Part shown: positions 38,232-51,305 of the stretch, in pieces
Position numbering within the stretch: position 1 is the first letter of the stretch
Layout of the letters: each line of letters begins with the position of its first letter
DNA from: Dictyostelium discoideum
Taxonomy: Eukaryota
Assembly: GCA_000004695.1 (NCBI GenBank)
Contig: CM000150.2
Coordinates: 4,480,001-4,544,000, forward strand
Direction: 5' to 3'
Length of the DNA: 64,000 bases
Translations under genes and position numbers: made by a program
The notes under the pieces: model-generated
The model's database searches: none
Told to the model about the DNA's origin: nothing
The model's input: only the letters and a program-made list of their open reading frames with translations

Positions 38232-39199
38232 TAATAGTTATAATAGTAGTATTTACCAAAGTGGAGAAGAGTTTGAGGATGATAGTGATACTGATACATT
38301 TGAGTTATTAAATTCAAGTAATAATAATTTACGTGTAATTAATAATAATAGTAGTAATAATAATAGTAATAATAATAATAGTAATAATAATAATAGTAGT
38401 AATGATGATGAAAATAATAATCAAGAGGCAACAATTGATAATGATATAGATTTACCAATTGTTAATCACTCTGGTTCAGATTATGAAAACTTTTTAGAGC
38501 TCAAAAAAACTGCAAACATAATTAAAGTATTGGCAATTTTATTAATGGTATGTATTTTTTTTTTTTTTTTGGTTGAAATACAAATAAAAATACAAATAAA
38601 ATTTATTCATTTTATTAATTCTTTATTTATTTATTTATTATTTAAATGATAAGTTTTATTCATTTATGTCATACTTTGGACAAAAATGGTGGTTAATTTT
38701 TAGGTAAGAATTTTAAAAGAAATGAAAAAAAAAAAAGAATAATTTTTAGTTACTAACTTTTTTTATTTTTTTTTATTTATTTTATTTTTTAAAATTAATC
38801 CAAGTTTTGGTTTTGTTTTCAATCCAATTGGCTTTTATGCAAGCCATAATCTTTTAAAGAAATGTTTTTTAGTGGTATGTTTAAATTATTATTATTATTA
38901 TTATTATTTTATTTTATTATTATTATTTTAAATTATATATAAAATTAATTACTAAACCAACACTTTTATATTTATAAAATTAGTTTAATGTATATCTTGC
39001 AGTTGATTTATTATTTAGAGTTGCATATTTATTTACAGATTTTGTTCAACTAAGAGGATTTGGTATATTTATTTCACTTTTATTCATTTCTTTACAAGGT
39101 TATATGACATACTTTTGTTATATGTTTTATAAGAAATTACCAATTAGTAGAGAAACCTTTAGAGAATTCTTTTTACATGATCAAGGTTTTTTCTTTTAA
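37612..39199 (+). CDS. Asn-rich protein with C-terminal multi-pass membrane region; proposed exons 37612-38547, 38654-38703, 38805-38874, 38984-39199
   Basis: The 312-codon poly-N/poly-T exon ends ...ANIIKVLAILLM at a GTATGT donor. The downstream short exons are hydrophobic (FYSFMSYFGQKWWLIF; S-FGFVFNPIGFYASHNLLKKCFLV; FNVYLAVDLLFRVAYLFTDFVQLRGFGIFISLLFISLQGYMTYFCYMFYKKLPISRETFREFFLHDQGFFF*). All junctions are GT-AG and phase-consistent. Two introns contain tactaac/tactaaa boxes. Splice assignment is tentative. Confidence 0.35.
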
Positions 39200-39306
39200 T
39201 TTAATCAAATTGTAAATAAAATAATAAAAATAAATAAATATATAAAAAAAGGTAAATAAAAATATAAAAATATAATCAAAATTTATTTTTTTTTTTTTTA
39301 TTTATT

Positions 39307-40944
39307 TTATTGAATTATAATTTTTAAAATTATTAAAGTGATTATTAAAAATAATGGAAATTTAATTTTTGATAAATTTGAAAAGTTTGGATTTTCTTGA
39401 TTAATATCAGAGATTGATTTACATTTTTCTCTGCCATTTGATTCTTCTTTTTCATTTGGATTTAAACATCTAAAACAATCATATTCACTACATTTACCTT
39501 TATTAAAACTACAAACAAATGAACAACGTATTTTAGAGGAACATGAATCAGTTTTATCATTTGATGAATTTTGTGAGCAAATACATTGATTATTTAAAAT
39601 GATACCATTATTTGATAAACAATCTTCTTCATTTGAATTTGAATTTGAATTTGTTGTTGTGGTTGTTGTTGTTGTAATTATTGAAGATGGTTTATCATTT
39701 ATTGCAGAAAGTACATTTATAATACCAAATCCTTTAAAATTATCAGGTGATTGAGATTGCGAAGCAGTTTTTAATAAAACTTCTTTAATTTGTTTTGGTG
39801 TCCAATTTGGATGAGCTTCAATTATTAATGCAACAGAACCAGCGATTAATGGTGTCGCATGACTTGTACCACTTGTATAACGATATGAATCAATTTCAGA
39901 ATCATCAGCACCAAAACATAAAACACCTTTTGCTGATACCTCTGGTTTTAATCTACCATCAGAAGTTGGACCATACGAACTGAATGTTGCAATTTCACCA
40001 AACGCATCTACTGCACCAACAGTTATCGCAAATTTACTATCGCCAGGCGGACCAACTCCAACCTCCCCGTCATTGCCACTTGCAACCACCACAACAACAC
40101 CTTTATCAGTTGCGATATCAATTGCTTTCGAAAGTGGGGATGTACCATCACGTTGCCAGTATTCATAATTCTGAGTATACGATAACGATATAGAAATCAC
40201 GTCAGCACCCATTGATTCACCCCATTCAATTGACTCAATTAGGTAATCTTCTTCAATTGGAATTTCCTCTGAAACGATTTCAGTCTTTGCTAAAATGAAA
40301 TCTGCATCTGGTGCAACACCAATGATTTTACCAGGTTTATTACCCCCAATTTGCGATAGCACAAACGTACCATGCGAAATTTGTTTCAATCCACCACTCT
40401 CTGTATTATCTGTATGTTCAATGAAATCTCTTTCCCCACGAATTCTTAAACCACCTAATGATTCATGACTCTTTAAAAATCCTGTATCGATTACCATAAT
40501 TGTTGTACCATTACCTTTATAACCTAATTTATGGGCTTCCAATACACCAATTTGATTCAATTGTGAATATGATTTACCATAATCAATACCATTAAATATA
40601 TTTAATGGCTCATTTTCATCACTATCACTATTTAATTGAATTTGGTTTTTATTAATATCATTATTATTATTATTTGTATTTGGTAAATTTAATTGATTCA
40701 CTATTGAAATCTTTTTAACAAATTCATTTGAACTAATTAATTGTAAAATTTCTTTTAATTTATCTGGACATGATTGTTGTGCTGATAAAATTTCTTCATT
40801 TATTTTCAAACTAAATGATACTGAATTTAACCATTTTGATCTTTTTCTTTCTTTCATTATTGTTGAATTATTTTCTGAATTACCAATTCTTAAAATTTCT
40901 TCAATATATTTTTCATTAATTGGATAATCATTTTCATCAATAAA

Positions 40945-40995
<51 letters not shown>

Positions 40996-41349
40996 ATTAT
41001 TATAATTATTTTTATTATTTTTATTATTTCCTCTAAAAGATCTTCTATTTTTTGATTTTTCACTTAAATAACCAAAATGATTTAATTGAATTTTATTATT
41101 TGTTAAAAACTTTTCATTAAATTGTACCCAAATATTTATATTGTTATTTTTATAATTTGAATTATAATTTTTAAAATTAATTTTATTATTATTATTATCT
41201 AAATTTCCATTTTTTAATTGATATTTTAAAATAAATTTTGAAACTATTTCATCTATTGATTGATTTTCATTTAAACTTGTAGAAATTGAAATTATTATTG
41301 ATAATAGTATTAAAACAACTAAAGGAATAAAATTATATTTCCATTCCAT
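39307..41349 (-). CDS. subtilisin-like serine protease (peptidase S8) with signal peptide and Cys-rich C-terminal region
   Basis: A 680-aa ORF. Signal peptide MEWKYNFIPLVVLILLSIIISISTS. Catalytic triad blocks are IMVIDTGF (Asp), HGTFVLSQIGG (His) and GTSHATPLIAG (Ser). The C-terminus has an EGF-like Cys cluster and a hydrophobic tail. Confidence 0.85.
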
Positions 41350-41754
41350 ATTTATTAAAAGTTATTTTATTATTTATTTATTTAAATTTTATTCTATTTT
41401 AAATTAATTTTATTTTATTTTAATTTAATTTTATTAAAAAAAAAAAAAAAAAAAAAAAAGTTTTTAAGGTAAAAATAATTTAATTATACCTTAATAATGA
41501 TTCACTTTAAATCATTTTTCTTTTTAATTTTTTGGGGTTATTATATCATTTATTAATGTTTTATTTATTATTATTTAATATATATACATAGGAATAAAAA
41601 TATAAAAAAATAAAAAAATAAAAAAAAGTAAAAACAAAAAAAAAAAAAAAAAAAAAAGTGTGAATTTCTCGATTTGACTTTTTTTTTTTAATTTTAAAAT
41701 AAAAAAAACATACCACCCAAATCAAATTTTTTACGTATCTTTTTGTTTTAAAAA

Positions 41755-41764
41755 ATGGATCAAA

Positions 41765-41818
<54 letters not shown>

Positions 41819-42105
41819 TTAACATTTTAAACAATAGTAGTAATACTAATAATAATAATGAAATAACCAATAAAAAACTAACTCTATTGAATCAAAGAAA
41901 AACAACGGATTTCAGTAAAGAATGTTTATCATGTCATTTATTAAGTGGTGGAATATTCACAGTAATGGGCGTTTATCAACTTTATTCAATACAATCATAC
42001 CCTCAAAGTAAAAAATGGTTAACTTTTATTGGAACTTCTCTTTTATCATTTGGTGTTTATTGGGGTGCAGTTCATCCAATTATAAATAAAGACCAATATG
42101 AATAA
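41755..42105 (+). CDS. small hypothetical membrane protein (poly-N N-terminus, CxxC, one TM helix)
   Basis: A 116-aa ORF: ...KECLSCHLLSGGIFTVMGVYQLYSIQSYPQSKKWLTFIGTSLLSFGVYWGAVHPIINKDQYE. I recognise no family. Confidence 0.35.
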
Positions 42106-42305
42106 AACAATTAAATAAATAATAAAAAGAAAAATAATAATACATGTACATATATAATTTATAAAAAAAAAAAAAAAAAAAAAAAATTATTATTAAATTT
42201 TATTTTATTATTAAATAGCATTATATTTGTGTGTAATTGATTTTTTATTTTTTTTTTTTTTTATATTATATTATATCTTTTTTTTCTTTTTTTCTTTTTA
42301 TTTTT

Positions 42306-42638
42306 TTAAAGTTTTTGGAAATTTGAATTTTGAGTTGAAGATGGATTCATTCTGAAAGATCTACCTCTTAAGAGGAAAGCTAAAAATATACCAGCAGAAT
42401 ATGTAGCAATGAAAACGAAATCTTTAATCATCCACCATGACCAACCATCTGTAATTGCAGTGATAATGATTGAGAGAAAACTTAAAATTATTAAAATGGC
42501 TAAACCACACATAAAGTAAAATAATAATTTATGTGAATTAAATCTTGCACCAGCAATACCACAACCTGCTATTAATATACTACCAACACAAAGTATAAAT
42601 CCAATAATAAATGTTGAAAATGCTGATATAATACCCAT
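42306..42638 (-). CDS. small hypothetical 3-4 TM membrane protein
   Basis: A 110-aa ORF, MGIISAFSTFIIGFILCVGSILIAGCGIAG...WSWWMIKDFVFIATYSAGIFLAFLLRGRSF. It has three or four hydrophobic spans. Family is unclear. Confidence 0.35.
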   Translation of the reverse strand: MGIISAFSTFIIGFILCVGSILIAGCGIAGARFNSHKLLFYFMCGLAILIILSFLSIIITAITDGWSWWMIKDFVFIATYSAGIFLAFLLRGRSFRMNPSSTQNSNFQKL

Positions 42639-42678
42639 AATCTATACATTTTAAAATATTTAATTATTTATTATTAAA

Positions 42679-42723
<45 letters not shown>

Positions 42724-43222
42724 GATAATGATTTTTATATTAATATTTATTTTTTTTTTTTTTTTTTACTTTTCTTTTCTTTTCAATTGATCTGATTGTT
42801 TTTTTTTATTTTTTTTTTATTTGTTATAACCTACAATTAAGAAAATACATAAGAAATATAATAATCTTATTTTAATTTCTGTGCCTTCGAACCATAGTGC
42901 CATTTTTTTATTTTATTTTAAATATATGAAACGATTAAAATAAAAATAATAATAATAATTTTGTTTTATAAATAAATGATGCTGTGTTAATATAATTATA
43001 AATAATAAAAAAAAAATATAAAAAAACAAACAATTAAATATTAATTTATTGCAAAGTGTATGTGTGTGTGTGTTTTTATTTTTTTAATTTTATTTTATTT
43101 TTTTTTTTTTTTTTTTTCCTCAAATACGTTGCTTTTAAAAAATTAATTTATAAAAAAAAAAAAATTAAAAAAAAAAATTGAAAATATTAAAAAAAAAAAA
43201 TTGGAAATAATAAAAAAAAATA

Positions 43223-43259
<37 letters not shown>

Positions 43260-43480
43260 CCAGCCGATTTGTTAGGGTTACATTTTCATTTTTTTATTTT
43301 TAATTTTATTTTTATTTTCTTATAATTTCATTAATGTAAAATAAAAAAAAAAAAATAAAAAAAAAAAAAAGGTTTTTATTAAATATTAATATTTATATAT
43401 AAATGAATTAATCAATTAATTAAATATTTTTAATACCTTTCACAAATGAATTAATGAATTTAAAATTTACTATTCCTAAT

Positions 43481-44638
43481 TTATAAAGTTGGAACAGTGA
43501 CATTCTTATTTTCTTTATTTTTTCCTTTTTCTTTTTCTTTTTCTCTTTCTTCCCTTTCTCTTTCTTTTTTTTTTAAAACTATATTTGCAGTATATAAATA
43601 AAATAAAAGTTCAATATTTTTACAAGATAATAAAGGTTGATCATTTTCATTTTCATTCTCATTTTCATTTTGATTTGAATTATTAATATTTGAATTTGTT
43701 TGTTGTTGAATTGATAAAACTAATTTAAAAATTTTATTAAATTCCTCTATATTAAATGGAATATTATTATTATTTTCATTACTATTATTATTATTATTAT
43801 TATTATTATTTTCAGAATATTCTTCAATAATTGTTGGATGATATTGTTCAATCATTTTTAAAATTATATTATAAGTACCATTTGGACAAATTGTAGTTTC
43901 AGAATTTGAAGTGAATAAATAAAAAATGATTCTAAATTGGTCTCTATTTATAGACGTTTCTGAATTTAATGAGGGTACTTTTAAAACATTTCTTAAAATT
44001 AATGATAATTTCTCTGTTGGGAAATTTCTATTTGATGAAGGTTGAATTAAATCTGGTTGTCTTTGAATTAAATACTCCCAATAACTATGTAAAAATTGAT
44101 TTAAAAATTGTAAACTAATAAAACTATTTTCATTTTTATTATTATTATTTTCATTCTTCTTTTCATTCTTTGTGAAAATTGAATCAATTTGCTGAAATTC
44201 ATCATAATCAAAGAAACAACCATGAAAATGAATTTCAATATTATTATTAGCTGTATTGCTAATATTATTATTATTATTATTGTTTGTTGAATGTTGTTGT
44301 TGTTGTTGTTGTTGTTTCTTTTTAACTAAAACTAGTTGACAATTTAATGGATATTTATTTTGTGTTTTAATTAAATCATTTATTGTTTGTTTATAATTGA
44401 ATAATTTACCAGAATAAAGAAATTTGAAATTGGTTTCTTCTTCTTCTTTATTTTTTGAATTTTCAATTTCATTACTAAATAACTCTTTTGGTTTATTTAA
44501 AATTAAATAATCCTCTACTTTTTTAAATGTCATTTCTTTTTCCAATAAACAAACAAATTGATGTTTTCTATCAATAATAAATCTTACTGATACCTTATTA
44601 CCATTATTACTATTTGTTCCATTATCTAAATTTTCCAT
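43481..44638 (-). CDS. hypothetical protein (385 aa)
   Basis: A long ORF with non-repetitive blocks (FIIDRKHQFVCLLEKEMTFKKVEDYLILNKPKELF...; ICPNGTYNIILKMIEQYHPTIIEEY) interspersed with poly-N/poly-Q. I recognise no domain. Confidence 0.4.
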   Translation of the reverse strand: MENLDNGTNSNNGNKVSVRFIIDRKHQFVCLLEKEMTFKKVEDYLILNKPKELFSNEIENSKNKEEEETNFKFLYSGKLFNYKQTINDLIKTQNKYPLNCQLVLVKKKQQQQQQQHSTNNNNNNNISNTANNNIEIHFHGCFFDYDEFQQIDSIFTKNEKKNENNNNKNENSFISLQFLNQFLHSYWEYLIQRQPDLIQPSSNRNFPTEKLSLILRNVLKVPSLNSETSINRDQFRIIFYLFTSNSETTICPNGTYNIILKMIEQYHPTIIEEYSENNNNNNNNNSNENNNNIPFNIEEFNKIFKLVLSIQQQTNSNINNSNQNENENENENDQPLLSCKNIELLFYLYTANIVLKKKEREREEREKEKEKGKNKENKNVTVPTL

Positions 44639-44696
44639 TTTTTAATTACAATAAAATTATTAAATAAATTAAATAAAAACACAATAGATAAATTAA

Positions 44697-44699
44697 TAT

Positions 44700-44762
<63 letters not shown>

Positions 44763-44766
44763 TTTT
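44697..44766. repeat. (ATTT)n microsatellite (~17 units)
   Basis: tatttatttatttattt... It lies immediately upstream of the 43481-44638 gene start. Confidence 0.9.
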
Positions 44767-44956
44767 ATTTTATTTTTTTATTTATTTAAATATTTATATA
44801 TGAATGAATGTGGTTAATTAACAATAAAAATAAAATAAAATAAAATAAAAAAAATTAATAAAAAAAAATAAGGGGGTTTGTATTATATAAAATTTAAAAA
44901 AAAAGTGAAAATTAATTAATAATTTAAAAAGAAATAATAAAAAAATAAAAAAAGAA

Positions 44957-45062
44957 TGTAATTCACCACACACATACAAACCATATGAAGTAATAAACTT
45001 AATTAAAAAAAAAAAAAAGCATGTAATTCACACACACAAACCATATGAAGTAATAAACTTAA
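44957..45062. repeat. ~43-bp tandem direct repeat separated by a poly-A spacer
   Basis: atgtaattcaccacacacatacaaaccatatgaagtaataaacttaa at 44957-45003, and atgtaattcacacacacaaaccatatgaagtaataaacttaa at 45021-45062. Confidence 0.7.
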
Positions 45063-45868
45063 GTTAGTTTTAGTTTGTTAAAAACAAAAAAAAAAAAAAT
45101 TTTGATAATTATCCAGTTTAGTTTTTTTTTTTGATTTTAAATATTTTTAGTTTTCTTATTTTATTAAATAACTTTTTTTTTTTTGCCTTATTAAATCATG
45201 ATTATTGTTTGTTTATACTTGGAAATGCACAATGTTGTTAAATTCTTTCGTTTCAATGAATACTACTTTTGCTCAGATATTATTATTATTATTATTAATT
45301 TGATATATTTAAACATTTGAGTAAATTACTTTTTCATTGGCACCGTCCTTGAAAACTCGATTATCGTTATTATCTATTTTTGGAGAATAATTAAAAAAAA
45401 AAAAAAAAAAAAAATTAAAGTGTCTTTTCAATTTAAATAATTCCTATTTTATCAATTGTTTATTTTTTATTTTTTACTATTTTAGAATCAATAAATTATA
45501 GATATTCTTAAAAATGATAGATTTGCCAATAAAAAAAAAAAAAAAAATTAAATGGTTTATTATTTATCTAACATTATAAATTAATTCTTTTAATTTATTG
45601 AAATATTGTTTAATGTGTGAAATTATTTATCAAACAAATTGTGAAGTTTTTTTTTTTTTTTTTTTATAAATCTAACTAATTTTATATTATTATTTTCACT
45701 TAATAATTTGTTAATTTTACTATTTTTTGCTAGTTTGTCTTATCTAGATTTCTTTGTATTTATATGTACATAAAGTAAATAATATTACAAAAATAATAAT
45801 AATATATATACATATATTAAAAAAAAAAACTGTTAAAAAAAAAAAATAGAGGGTCAAAAAAAATATGA

Positions 45869-45917
<49 letters not shown>

Positions 45918-45964
45918 TATTTGTACAAATTAATTTAAAAGATGGTTTGCACACAAAAGTTAAA

Positions 45965-45996
<32 letters not shown>

Positions 45997-47246
45997 ATAT
46001 ATTAAAAAACAAAAAAAAAAAAAAAAAACTGTTTAATTTAATTCAATAATAAAAATGTGAGGGGAAACCCACCATACAACTACACACCACATAAAAAAAA
46101 AAAAAATTAAAAAATTAAATTCAAAATTCCAAATAATATATATAGAAATATTGATATAATTTATATTAATAATATAAAAATTTTACACATAAATGGAGAG
46201 AGATATAAAAAAAAAAAAATAAAAAAAAAAAAAAATTTAAATTTTTTTAAGAGGGGAAAAAAAAAAGTGTTGGTGAGATACTAAATATTTAGTGTTGGTT
46301 TTTATTTTTTTGCAGTTAAAAAAATTTTATTTATTTTGAATTAAATTTTTTTTTTTTTTTTTTTTTTTTGGCTCATAAAAAAAAAAAAAATTTTTACATG
46401 GAGCTGCACACAAAATTTTTTACTCATTAATTTTAAACGCAGCATAGAGTTTGTATGTATAGGTTTTCTATTATAGTATAGTATTATATAATATTATATG
46501 TTGTGTAGTATTTGGAACCGTTTTTTTTTTTTTTTTTTTTTTTTTTTGTTTTTTTTTTTGTTTTTTTTTTTTTTTTTCAAAATTTCAAAAATTAGTTGTT
46601 ACTCCTTCTATAATATATTATTATTTATATAAACTATAAAATAATAATTTTTTTTAAAAAATCATGTAGAAAATTATAATTTCACCTTTTTTTTTTTTTT
46701 TTTTTTTTATTTAACAAGTTTTAGAAAAAAAAAAAAAAAAAAATAAAAAAATAATAATAATAAAAATAATAATAATAAATAAAAGAAAAAAAAAAAAAAA
46801 AAAATTTATAGAGGAGAAAAAAAAAAAAATAATAACAAAAAAACAATTTAATAAAATGTAAAATTCGTTTGTTTAAAAAAAAAAAAATTTTATTTTATTT
46901 ATTTATTCATTTTTATAATTATCTCTTTCTTTTTTTTTTTTTTCAATTTTTTTTTCAATTTTTTTATTTTTTTTTAGCCGTTAGACTTTTTGCCCACTTT
47001 TTCAAAAATATCACATTTTTTTTTTAAAAATTTTTTTCAAAAAAAATACAAAAAAAAAAAAAATTAGAAACTAACAAATTTTTATTTTTTTATTTTATTT
47101 TATTTTTTTTTTTTAAAAAACTATTTTTATTTTTTTAAAATTATCTCTATCTTTCTAAATATATATAATAGTTTTTTTTTTAAAACTTTTTATATAAATT
47201 ATATATATATACTCTTTTTAAAAGAAAACAAATAATCAACTAAAAA

Positions 47247-47672
47247 ATGAGCTCATCTGATGAATCAGGATCATCATCCTCAGAATCTGAAAAGAAAGTA
47301 AAGAAGACCCCAGTCAAGAAGCCAAAGAAGGAACCAAAAGTTTCCAAAAAGGGTAAGAAAGAAGGTAAAAAAACAAAGAAGAAGCCAAAGGATGAAAATG
47401 CTCCACGTCGTTATTTATCACCATTCATCTTTTTCTCAAAGGACCACAGATCAGTAATCAAAAACTCTCATCCAAACTGTTCATTTGGTGAAATCGGTAG
47501 CTTATTAGGTCAAGAATGGGCTAAAATCTCTGCAGAGGACAAAAAGAAATACGAGAAATTAGCCGCTGAAGATAAGAAGAGATGGGAACTCGAAAAGAAA
47601 AACTATGATGAAAAATTAAAAACCCAAAGTCAAGCAGAATCTTCATCCGATAGTTCTGATGAAAGTGATTAA
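47247..47672 (+). CDS. HMG-box (HMGB/NHP6-like) chromatin protein
   Basis: A 141-aa ORF. Basic Lys-rich N-terminus, then HMG box [74 protein letters not shown], then an acidic Ser/Asp/Glu tail ([10 protein letters not shown]). Confidence 0.85.
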
Positions 47673-48757
47673 ACTTTTAATTTAATTCACTCAATTATTT
47701 GTCACCACTATTACCATCATCATCATCATAATCATCATAATCAATTCATTCATCAATCAATCAATTCATCCATCATGTCTACAACCAACTGTGTCACTCT
47801 CTCTTTCTCTCTCTACCTTTGTTGTTTATTTATAAAACCCAAACCAATCAACATTTCAACCACTACCAACCAAACAAATAAATAATAATAAAAAAAAAAA
47901 AAAAAAACCAAACTTTTTTTAAATTAAAAAAGAAAAAATAAATAAAAAAAAAAAAAAATAATAATAATAATAATAATTTATAACTGTTTATTCATTTTTT
48001 TATTTTATTTTTTTTTTATTTATTTATTTATTTAAATAAAGATATCAAACCTTCTTTGGAAAATTCAAGATTTTTTGATTTAATCAAAAATACCAAAACA
48101 AATATGTGTTGATAAATTTCAACATTTTCCCCAATTAAAATATATTAATCGATTTTCATTAAAATCTATATACTTTTTTATAAACATTTTCTTTTAATTC
48201 ATTTTTAAAATAATTTAATTTATTATTAAATAAGAATTTTAAATTATTTTTTAATTTGTATTTGACCTATTTAAATTATTTTAAAAATACTAAAAGAAGA
48301 ATTTACTTTGGTAATAGAAATTTTTTTTTTTTTCAATTTAATTTATTTTATTTGTAGATATCTTTAGAGGTAATTTAAAAAACTGACAATTAATAATTAT
48401 TTTATTTTATTTTATTTTATTTCAATTCCTTACAAATTACGTTTTAAAAAAATCTTTCAGTATTGGGTTTAAATGGTTTTATCTCTGGAAATAAATAAAA
48501 TAGTTCGAACTTGGAAAATAATTAATTCTTTTTTTCCAAAATTAAAAAAAAAAAAATTAAAAAAAAACAATTTTTTAATTTAAAAAAAAAAAAAAAAAAA
48601 AAATTTTTAATTATAAAAAAAAAAAATTTAATTATTATTATTTTTTTTTTTTTCAATTAAAACACAATAATTTATTTTATTCATTCATTTTATTTATTTT
48701 TATTTTTTTATATTTTTTTTCATAACACTTTTTCATTCATTTATTTTTTTTACAAAA

Positions 48758-49451
48758 ATGCCAAGATTTAATATCCAACAATTAAACAATTATTCACATT
48801 TATTTAAAAGACAAGTTAGAGTATCAGATTTAAACTATAATTCACATTTAGACCATTCAAATATTTTAAAAATTGTTCATGGTATGTATAAATTATTTTT
48901 TATTTAATTTTTTAAAAAATTTTAACAAAAAAAAAAAAAAAAAAATAGATGCAAGAGCTGAATATTTTAGAGAATTAGGATTTTCAGAGAAAAATTTATT
49001 ACCAAAATCAAATAAATTAGTACACGGTATAGTTGGAGATTTACAAGCACAGTATTTAAATGAAGGTGAGTTATTTGAAGAATTATTAATTGAAACTGAT
49101 TTCATTGAAAGATCAAGATGTGGATTTAGAATAACACATAGAATTAAATCATTGAAACCATTTGGCTCTTTGGATCAATTTAATAATAAAAATAATAATA
49201 ATAGTAATAGTAATAATAATAAACCTAATGGTATTAATTATAATAATAGTAATATTGGTATAAATAAACCAATAGGAGAGAATAGTAATGAACAAAATGC
49301 AGCTGGTACAACATTTAAAAATATAGCTTTGATTGAGGTCGGTAATGTGGCAATATCTACAATTGATCATCAACCTTTTGAATTACCAGATTCTTTCTTT
49401 AAAACTGTTGGTTTAAATAAAAATTTTCAAATTACAAAAATAAAACTTTAA
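48758..49451 (+). CDS. hotdog-fold thioesterase (4HBT/YbgC-like); exons 48758-48881 and 48949-49451
   Basis: Exon 1 is MPRFNIQQLNNYSHLFKRQVRVSDLNYNSHLDHSNILKIVH plus a split codon (donor GTATGT at 48882). The acceptor aaaaatag (48945-48948) gives D-ARAEYFRELGF..., reconstituting the 4HBT motif D.N..HV.N..Y....H.AR..Y...G, then ...LVHGIVGDLQAQYLNEGELFEE. Phase 1. Confidence 0.55.
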
Positions 49452-49636
49452 TAAATTCTTTATAAAAAATTGAAATAATAATAATAATGATAATAATAAA
49501 AAAAAAAAAATTTTGGATTTAAATAAATATATTATTAAAATAAAACACTTTTAAATTTTCTATTTTTATTTTTTTATTTATTTATATAATATTCTTTAAA
49601 ATTTCAATTTATTAAACTATGTATACCTGTCAAACT

Positions 49637-49675
<39 letters not shown>

Positions 49676-49919
49676 CAAAAAAATCCAATCTAAACCAGAC
49701 CAAATCATTAAAATATTTATTTGAAATTGGTGAAAAGATTTTTTTTTTTTTTTTTTTTTTTTCAATTTTTTTTTTTTTTTTTATGATTTTCTATTTTTTT
49801 TTTTTTTTTTTCTTTTTTCTTTTAATCAAATTAGTTTACACTATACAAATCATCCCAATTAAAATTTATATTTGATTTAGTTTTTTTTTATTTTATTTAT
49901 TTTTTTATTTTTATTTTAA

Positions 49920-51250
49920 ATGACAATTTTAAATAGATTTTGTAGGACAATTTTATTAACTAATTTAGAATTAACAAATTGTGGTATTAGAAAAAATAAT
50001 AGTTATAAATGTAGATCTTTTACACATACAATTAATATAGATACAAATCATATCGTTCCTATACATACACAATCAAATATAACATTGGAATTATTTCAAC
50101 CAAAAATTTCAGTTGTAAGTCAAAATATTCCATATTATTTCCAATAAAAAAAAAAAAAAAAATAAAAAAAAATGAAAACTAATTTTTTAAAAAATAATAA
50201 TAATTAATAAATAAATAAATAAATAAAAAAAAAAAGGTTGGAGTTGGTGGAGGTGGTGGAAATGCAGTTAATCATATGATATCACAAAGTTTAGAAGGTG
50301 TTGAATTTTTTGTATGTAATACAGATAGCCAAGATTTAATTAAATCAAATAGTATAAATAAGATTCAATTAGGACCTCAATTAACCAAAGGTCATGGTGC
50401 GGGTGCAAATCCAGAAAAAGGTAGATTAGCAGCAGAAGAATCAAAAAATAAAATTATTCAAACTTTTAAAGATACAGATTTATTATTTTTAGCAGCAGGT
50501 ATGGGTGGTGGTACTGGTACTGGTTCTTCACCAATAATTGCAAAAACAATTAAAGAGTTTAAAAAAGAAACAATTATAGTTGGTGTTGTAACTGTGTATG
50601 TATAAAATCATTATCATCATCATCATCATCATCGTCATCATCACTATATTATTAATTATTTTATTATTACTAATTTTAACTTTAATTTTAATTTTAATTT
50701 TAGACCATTTAATTTTGAAGGTAAAAGAAAAGAAATTATAGCAAAGAAAGGATTAGAAGAGTTGAGTAAATATGTTGATACTTTAGTTGTTATATCAAAT
50801 CAAAATCTATTGGATGCAAGTAAATCTGATATTCAATTGGAACAAGCATTTTTAATGGTTGATGAAATATTGCATACTGGAATTAGATCAATTGCAAATA
50901 TTATTAATGTACCTGGTATGATTAATTTGGATTATAGTGATGTTGTAAATATTTTAAAAAATAGAAAAGGTTTATCAAGAATTGGATTTGGTGAAGCATC
51001 TGGTGAGGATAGAGCATATAAAGCAGTACATAAAGCAATTAAGAATCCATTAATTGAAATTGATGATCAGAAATTCACTGGTTTATTAGTTAATATAAGT
51101 GGTGGTAATGATATAACTTTAAATGAAATTAGTAAAACTATAAATTATTTACAACAAAATGCTGATCCTGATGTTCAAGTTTTCGTTGGTCATACTGTTG
51201 ATAATTCTTTATTAGGTAAAATAAGAATTTCTTGTTTATTTGTACATTAA
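49920..51250 (+). CDS. fszB: mitochondrial FtsZ (plastid/bacterial-type division GTPase); exons 49920-50114, 50237-50595, 50704-51250; reconstructs to 366 aa
   Basis: Exon 1 is an Arg-rich presequence MTILNRFCRTILLTN...QPKISV. Exon 2 is VGVGGGGGNAVNHMISQ...LFLAAGMGGGTGTGSSPIIAKTIKEF...IIVGVVT (tubulin/FtsZ GGGTGTG signature). Exon 3 is V-PFNFEGKRKEIIAKKGLEELSKYVDTLVVISNQNLL...GKIRISCLFVH*. Junctions are GTAAGT...aaaaag, GTATGT...attttag. The reconstructed 366-aa length matches my recollection of FszB, which is an unverified recollection. Confidence 0.8.
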
Positions 51251-51256
51251 AATTAA

Positions 51257-51305
<49 letters not shown>

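Noticed and set aside
51225-51250. Possible additional 3' exon for the FtsZ gene (treating GKIRISCLFVH as intronic after a GTAAAA donor)
   Set aside because: The terminal residues align to the end of the FtsZ C-terminal core (...G..R.t.i.ATGf). No downstream coding segment is detectable in 51250-51790. A 366-aa product ending here is self-consistent.
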